The translations under genes and the position numbers were made by a program. From positions 160,001 to 224,000 of IMG/VR virus record IMGVR_UViG_2799112330_000002: a stretch of DNA of 64,000 bases. One strand, given 5' to 3'. This document shows positions 58,888 through 64,000 of the stretch, piece after piece. Within the stretch, counting starts at the first letter, position 1. Each line of letters begins with the position of its first letter. The notes beneath the pieces were generated by a model, which saw only the letters and a program-made list of their open reading frames with translations, did no database searches and was not told the DNA's origin. Source of the DNA: a virus. Taxonomy: Duplodnaviria; Heunggongvirae; Uroviricota; Caudoviricetes.

Positions 58888-60567
58888 TTAAATAAAGATA
58901 GTATTTATAGCATCCAACATCATTGTATTATTACCATCAAGTTGTGATTTCTTGTCTGGATAATAGAGAATATTGTTAGCAAGTACAGGAATACAAAGAT
59001 TGTTCTCTAATAATATATTGCCCATATTGTCTAGACCAAGATTAAGATTAGTCTCATAATTGTATCTTACTTTGTTATATAATACTTTGCCGTTATAGTA
59101 TTTAGCAATATATTTATAATAGAACTTGTTCTTACAAGCTTTTTCATTTTCATCTGAAATAATTTCAAGTGTTATAGACTTTATGTTGTCTACTTTATTG
59201 AGAATTGTCTTCAATATATCAGATTTTGCTATAAACTTCACATTGTATTCTAGTTTTGTGAAATATTCTATAATTGCAAGTTTGACATCATGTTCAATTG
59301 TCTCTTTTATATATTGTTCATCAACTTTTATATAGCATATGATAGCATATTTATATATAATAGGATCTACAAACTTAATTGATGTACCAGCAAATGAATT
59401 GTTAGATTCTTTCAATACTGTTATGATGTTTTGTTTTTGTGGTTCAGTCAATAAGAAATCATTATAGTTTATTGTTGTTGACTTCAATAAGTCATTATTC
59501 TTTGCTCTATCTGACAATGCACATACATATAAGACATTTGAGTTGTTTTCTACCCATAGATTGAAATATCCTAAGAATGAGAATTTCTTGAAGAACAACA
59601 GATAATTGTCAATAGATGCTAAGACATTACTTCTAGAGTTATATCCTATCATTCCCTTTACCTTTTCAATTGAATCGCTATTTGTACCACCAGATATGTA
59701 GTTGTTTATTGATAGTTTAATATAGTCATTCAGGTTGATAGAATTACCATTGTAGTCTGTTCCAAATGTAGTAAACTTAAAAGAATTTCCTGCAATCTTA
59801 TTTACATTTCCGTTATAGCCACCATGTACAATATATTCAAGTCTTATATTGTCTCCCTTTGTTAGAATAGTACCGTAGATCTCATTTCCAAATGTTATGT
59901 CTAACTCATTGTCAAATCCAACAGATATTATATATTCTTTTCCATTTTCTGTCATGTCATATAAGTTAAGAACAGGTGTCCAAAGTTCTCCATTTACATA
60001 TACTCTGATATAGTTCTTGTCAAACATACCATTTATCAATACATGAATTGATTCTAAAGCAGTTCCTTTTGCTGTATAGTTTGATGTAAACATATATCCT
60101 TGGACAACTTTGAAGTCATAATTGAACAAAGGCTTAGATACATCAAATACAAATTTGTCAGCATTGAGATATATGACATAGTTCATTCCAGTATTTTCAT
60201 TTATGATATTTGAATAGTTGTCAACATATATCTTTCTTATTTCTCTTGACATATTTGTATTACTTACTAATGTTCCCACAATTGTTCCAGTAGCTGCACT
60301 ACCATAGAATGGCTCATATCCAGAAATCTTTGCTAATGAATATACCGATTTCTTTCTTATAGCTGTCTCAACATTCTGTTCTGTAAAGGCATCTTCAATA
60401 TATATCATAATATTTTGAGCAATACCCTTCAAAGCATTGAATATTATCTTGAACAATTGATTGTCTGTATAAGAAATTCCCATCTTATTGAGACTTTTAC
60501 TAAGATAATTATTGATTGTGGCATCAAAATTATCAAAGGTTGTTTGCATTAAATTAAATAACTTCAT
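58888..60567 (-). CDS. baseplate wedge protein (T4 gp6 / Baseplate_J-like)
   Basis: TAIRKKSVYSLAKISGYEP..SAATG, IRVYVNGELW, ITFGNEIYG, GGTNSDSIEKVK. Confidence 0.85.
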   Translation of the reverse strand: MKLFNLMQTTFDNFDATINNYLSKSLNKMGISYTDNQLFKIIFNALKGIAQNIMIYIEDAFTEQNVETAIRKKSVYSLAKISGYEPFYGSAATGTIVGTLVSNTNMSREIRKIYVDNYSNIINENTGMNYVIYLNADKFVFDVSKPLFNYDFKVVQGYMFTSNYTAKGTALESIHVLINGMFDKNYIRVYVNGELWTPVLNLYDMTENGKEYIISVGFDNELDITFGNEIYGTILTKGDNIRLEYIVHGGYNGNVNKIAGNSFKFTTFGTDYNGNSINLNDYIKLSINNYISGGTNSDSIEKVKGMIGYNSRSNVLASIDNYLLFFKKFSFLGYFNLWVENNSNVLYVCALSDRAKNNDLLKSTTINYNDFLLTEPQKQNIITVLKESNNSFAGTSIKFVDPIIYKYAIICYIKVDEQYIKETIEHDVKLAIIEYFTKLEYNVKFIAKSDILKTILNKVDNIKSITLEIISDENEKACKNKFYYKYIAKYYNGKVLYNKVRYNYETNLNLGLDNMGNILLENNLCIPVLANNILYYPDKKSQLDGNNTMMLDAINTIFI

Positions 60568-60908
60568 TATCTAAACTCATATTCTTTTGTAATTTTTTCT
60601 TCATCGCTTATATATATGTCTATCATAATACGATATATACTTCTTATTTCACCAGGCGCAAACTCAACTTTTGCCTGATATTGATACATTCCCAAATAGT
60701 ATAATGTGGACAGTTTTTGATTGATATAGTCTTCAAATTCTGATGTAGTTGGAGTCAATATCCATAAGAACTGTTCAAAGTTGATCCCATATTCAGGATA
60801 GCCAATCAATTCAGTATTTTCTGTATTGAATAGAAGATCAATCTCCTGAATGGCTGCATCTAATGGGTTGTATATTTCTATTCTATTGTCTAAAGCTAAG
60901 TCTAACAT
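60567..60908 (-). CDS. gp25-like baseplate / sheath initiator
   Basis: IDLLFNTENTELIGYPEYGINFEQFLW; directly upstream of the gp6-like gene. Confidence 0.75.
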   Translation of the reverse strand: MLDLALDNRIEIYNPLDAAIQEIDLLFNTENTELIGYPEYGINFEQFLWILTPTTSEFEDYINQKLSTLYYLGMYQYQAKVEFAPGEIRSIYRIMIDIYISDEEKITKEYEFR

Positions 60909-60910
60909 AA

Positions 60911-62734
60911 TTAATAAACAAGATATTCTCCTGATGATATATATTCAAAATTGTCATTCAATATATTATATTTTCCTGATCCCGTACTTATTAATGTGGC
61001 ATCAACTGAGAAAATGACATAGAAATCATTTCTAGAGCTTTCTCTTATATTGATATTGTCGATGTTCAATATGAATGCATTCACCTTTGCCATATAATCA
61101 CCAAGATTTATTCCAATATTTTGTGTAAGGTTTTCTCTTATCTTTATTAGTTGTAGATCCTGAACCTTATAGAATATTGGCTTATATATGACCTTTGAGA
61201 TGTTTGCATCACTTGCATTATATACATTCACATTATTTTTTGAATCTTCTTCTATAACACATTTGAATTTGTCTATAAGATTAAAACCGTTCTTTACATT
61301 CATAAAATTTTCTTCAATTAGATTATTTTGTTGTTCATAATATACTGTCCCTGGTATTATGTCATTAATGAAATATTTGAACAGATTCTTTGTCAATACA
61401 ACACTATTTCCTCTTACAAGATTATTAAGTTTCTTGTCAATGAACAATGCTCTGCATACTAATATGTCCTGCAGTTGATCCCATGAATTGAATATATTGT
61501 TCAAATTAAAAGTGAAATCATAGATGAATGCAGTATTCTTAGCATCTGTATTTATAATAGATTCAAATATTACTTCTTTGAAATATTCATCTGTAGCAAT
61601 TTGAATGACAAATCCAGTAGATCTGATGCCTTCAAAGTCAAGTTCATCTGATATGTCTTCTCTTTCATATTCATCTATAAGATTATTGAGATAGTATGAA
61701 TTATAGTATTTGACAATGTCTGCATCACTATCTGGAATCTTGTTTGGATAGTCAAATGTATTGATTAATGAAATGATTCCTTCATCATTGAAGCCTATCC
61801 TTGAAGTCAATCTAAAATGCTTGTTAGTAGTCAAGAATATACTTGCACAGTTATATGCATTATCTATCAAATATGTGTTGTCAATAATAGCACTATAAGG
61901 AAACAACAATACATTTATAGAATCATTGATGAAGTTTATATTATAGTCAGAATCATTTATATATACTTTCTTGTTGTTCTCCTCATCTATTTTCTTTATG
62001 AAGAATGGTTGTATCATTGAATACAGATACAATTCATTCTCACCTTCATCATTGTCATTTCCTTGTATATAGTCAAGAACATTAGTATCAGAATCTTCAA
62101 TACTATCAATGAAGTTCATGTTCTCTTCAATATAGAACTTGTTTGACTTTTCAAAGAGATATCTTATGTTAGGTATATAAAGATCAATATATTCTATATA
62201 TGATGACATATTGTCTTTTATTTCCTTTGAATATTTCTTCTTAAAATTTGTATTGAGATTACAGAAATAGTGGAAATGAATGTCATTTATATAGTTGTCC
62301 ACGTATATTATGAATGGCAAGTTCTTCTTTATTGATGGATTATATATCCTGAGAATGTCACATAATACTCTTGGGGTGTCTTCAATATCATCACCATTTA
62401 TGTCTGTCTTTTTCTTCTTTATTTCATAAGACAAGTCTTTAATGTTCAACAGATGATATTGATTATAATAATATATGTTCTTAGAAAAAATTATGTTATT
62501 GTTCTTGTTACAAGGATAGCATAATAGATCGGTCTCTTCATCATCTTTTACTTGTTCATAAAGTGACTTCTCAATAAAATAGATGTCTTTGTCATATACT
62601 ATATTATTATATATATCATAGTTACGTAATATGACAAACTCACTGCTAATATTGATGTCATTGAAGTCTTTTCCATTTATAAGATGATCAACAAGATATT
62701 GGTATTCTCCTAATTTGACTGATCTAAATTTCAT
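60911..62734 (-). CDS. putative baseplate/structural protein
   Basis: First gene of the gp25-gp6 operon; late motif at 62760-62770. Confidence 0.55.
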   Translation of the reverse strand: MKFRSVKLGEYQYLVDHLINGKDFNDINISSEFVILRNYDIYNNIVYDKDIYFIEKSLYEQVKDDEETDLLCYPCNKNNNIIFSKNIYYYNQYHLLNIKDLSYEIKKKKTDINGDDIEDTPRVLCDILRIYNPSIKKNLPFIIYVDNYINDIHFHYFCNLNTNFKKKYSKEIKDNMSSYIEYIDLYIPNIRYLFEKSNKFYIEENMNFIDSIEDSDTNVLDYIQGNDNDEGENELYLYSMIQPFFIKKIDEENNKKVYINDSDYNINFINDSINVLLFPYSAIIDNTYLIDNAYNCASIFLTTNKHFRLTSRIGFNDEGIISLINTFDYPNKIPDSDADIVKYYNSYYLNNLIDEYEREDISDELDFEGIRSTGFVIQIATDEYFKEVIFESIINTDAKNTAFIYDFTFNLNNIFNSWDQLQDILVCRALFIDKKLNNLVRGNSVVLTKNLFKYFINDIIPGTVYYEQQNNLIEENFMNVKNGFNLIDKFKCVIEEDSKNNVNVYNASDANISKVIYKPIFYKVQDLQLIKIRENLTQNIGINLGDYMAKVNAFILNIDNINIRESSRNDFYVIFSVDATLISTGSGKYNILNDNFEYISSGEYLVY

Positions 62735-62853
62735 CTATAGTAGACATATATATTAATTTATTAAAAATAAAAAAGAGAATTAATTTTCTTGGTAATATTG
62801 ACTATATTTATATTATTAAATAGATTCAATTAGAAAAAAATTATATTAGATAA

Positions 62854-63417
62854 ATGAAGAATTTTCCGGTTACATTCATTGACCAAGATGACAATCAAAA
62901 GAAGACAGGTTGGGTATCACGTTCTGTATCTGTTTCAGGATTTATATTCTGTTATGATTTCTTTCTTTGTCAATGGCTTGTACTTGCAAACAAAAGAGGA
63001 AAGAAAACATCTGAGTTTAGTGGATATTGGAATTGTCCTTGCGGTTATCTGAAATATAATGAGACTGCTTCTGAAGCAATGTCTAGAAAAATACTTGAAG
63101 AGACAGGTCTAGAAATATATCCAGAGCAATTATCTTTATGTGCAATCAATTCATCACCAGAAGAAAATCATCAGAATGTTGTAATAAGATATTTCACTAT
63201 TCTAGATCAGGACTATACAAATTATCTTCTATTGACAGATGAATACGGAGAACTGAACAAGACTGAAGAGATTGAATGGATCCCAGTAAATAAAATAGAC
63301 CAATATCAATGGGCTTTCAATCATGATGTAATAATAAGTGAGATATTCAATAGTTATGTTGATATCCCTTGGTGGAAAAAAATAATAAGAAAACTATATA
63401 GTAAATATTGTGCATAA
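62854..63417 (+). CDS. NUDIX hydrolase (variant Nudix box)
   Basis: WNCPCGYLKYNETASEAMSRKILEETGL; WAFNH. Confidence 0.8.
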   Translation: MKNFPVTFIDQDDNQKKTGWVSRSVSVSGFIFCYDFFLCQWLVLANKRGKKTSEFSGYWNCPCGYLKYNETASEAMSRKILEETGLEIYPEQLSLCAINSSPEENHQNVVIRYFTILDQDYTNYLLLTDEYGELNKTEEIEWIPVNKIDQYQWAFNHDVIISEIFNSYVDIPWWKKIIRKLYSKYCA

Positions 63418-63953
63418 TGAAAGAAGATACATATTTGCAATCATATAATAGTGGAGACATATATAAAGTAATGGACAAATATCTGTTGAAGATGTCTCCT
63501 TGGAAAGATGGTGAAGATCGTCGTATATATGAATATGATGATCATGATATGACTATTGTTACATATCAGAATGCATGTATGATTGTGAACAAGCAGTTCT
63601 TAGAGACAGATGAAGAATGGGAACATAATGGGAAGAAGTTCTTAGCTCGTTCATTAAAAGACAAGTCAATTGAAGAACATGCTGCAATGCTTAATATGCT
63701 TCCTGCTCATTATGTGAAAGACACTGTAAAAGTAATGATGACAACACCAAATATGGACAATATATCTATTGAAGACAAACAAGGAAACACATTCAAACTA
63801 GTAAAGCATAAAGGGAAGATCTATTATATGCTTATTATTAACCAATTCCTTCCTAAGGTCAATCTGTATGATGTGTTTGGTCAGTTTTGTCAAATGGTAA
63901 ATATAAAGAATGTTAAACCAATATTTAATGTGACAGATAAAAAATATATATAA
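63408..63953 (+). CDS. hypothetical protein (start may be ATG 63417)
   Basis: 181-aa ORF coupled to the NUDIX gene. Confidence 0.6.
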   Translation: MCIMKEDTYLQSYNSGDIYKVMDKYLLKMSPWKDGEDRRIYEYDDHDMTIVTYQNACMIVNKQFLETDEEWEHNGKKFLARSLKDKSIEEHAAMLNMLPAHYVKDTVKVMMTTPNMDNISIEDKQGNTFKLVKHKGKIYYMLIINQFLPKVNLYDVFGQFCQMVNIKNVKPIFNVTDKKYI

Positions 63954-63962
63954 TTATATAAT

Positions 63963-64000
63963 ATGATTGGAATAATAGGTGCCATAGTTGGTGATTTGAT
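63963..64000 (+). CDS. start of a probable ADP-ribosylglycohydrolase (runs off the window)
   Basis: MIGIIGAIVGDL matches the N-terminal GAxxGD motif of the ARH/DraG family. Confidence 0.55.
   Translation, partial: MIGIIGAIVGDL

Noticed and set aside
1-64000. tRNA/rRNA genes, integrase, transposase, introns or inteins
   Set aside because: No cloverleaf or T-loop signatures in the intergenic gaps, and no such protein motifs or interrupted genes recognised by eye. A tRNAscan/Infernal run would be needed to exclude them formally.

Overview
This 64-kb window is a very AT-rich segment of a large T4-like (myovirus-type) jumbo or mega-phage genome. The host is probably a gut Bacteroidales or Prevotella, and the layout looks Lak-like. 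The window reads in the standard genetic code, with TAG acting as a stop. Virion genes are scattered in short operons among accessory genes. They include gp2- and gp4-like head proteins, a gp13-like neck protein, a tail tube-like protein, a 2765-aa tape measure, gp6- and gp25-like baseplate proteins, a 2865-aa tail fibre with a Peptidase_S74 chaperone, and LRR/Ig-domain proteins. Nucleotide-metabolism genes include dUTPase, NDK, GMP reductase, a P-loop kinase and a NUDIX hydrolase. The window also encodes an AEP-primase/SF2-helicase fusion, a RuvC-like resolvase, five glycosyltransferase-like genes, a SAM methyltransferase and a candidate lysis pair (signal-peptide GH73 hydrolase plus a membrane protein). 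Main observations: (1) eight proteins from six unrelated families share a 9-10-aa N-terminal tag (MK[KS][LF]xxxIxE) resembling the T4 capsid-targeting sequence, pointing to a packaged cargo set that includes NDK and three DUF285 repeat paralogues; (2) a G7 tract splits the gene right after the tail fibre exactly at a -1 frame junction, a candidate phase-variable host-range switch; (3) two intergenic regions can fold into large structures, one directly upstream of the lysis genes; (4) two recurrent promoter motifs separate structural from non-structural genes. All family assignments come from motif recognition by eye, not from database searches.
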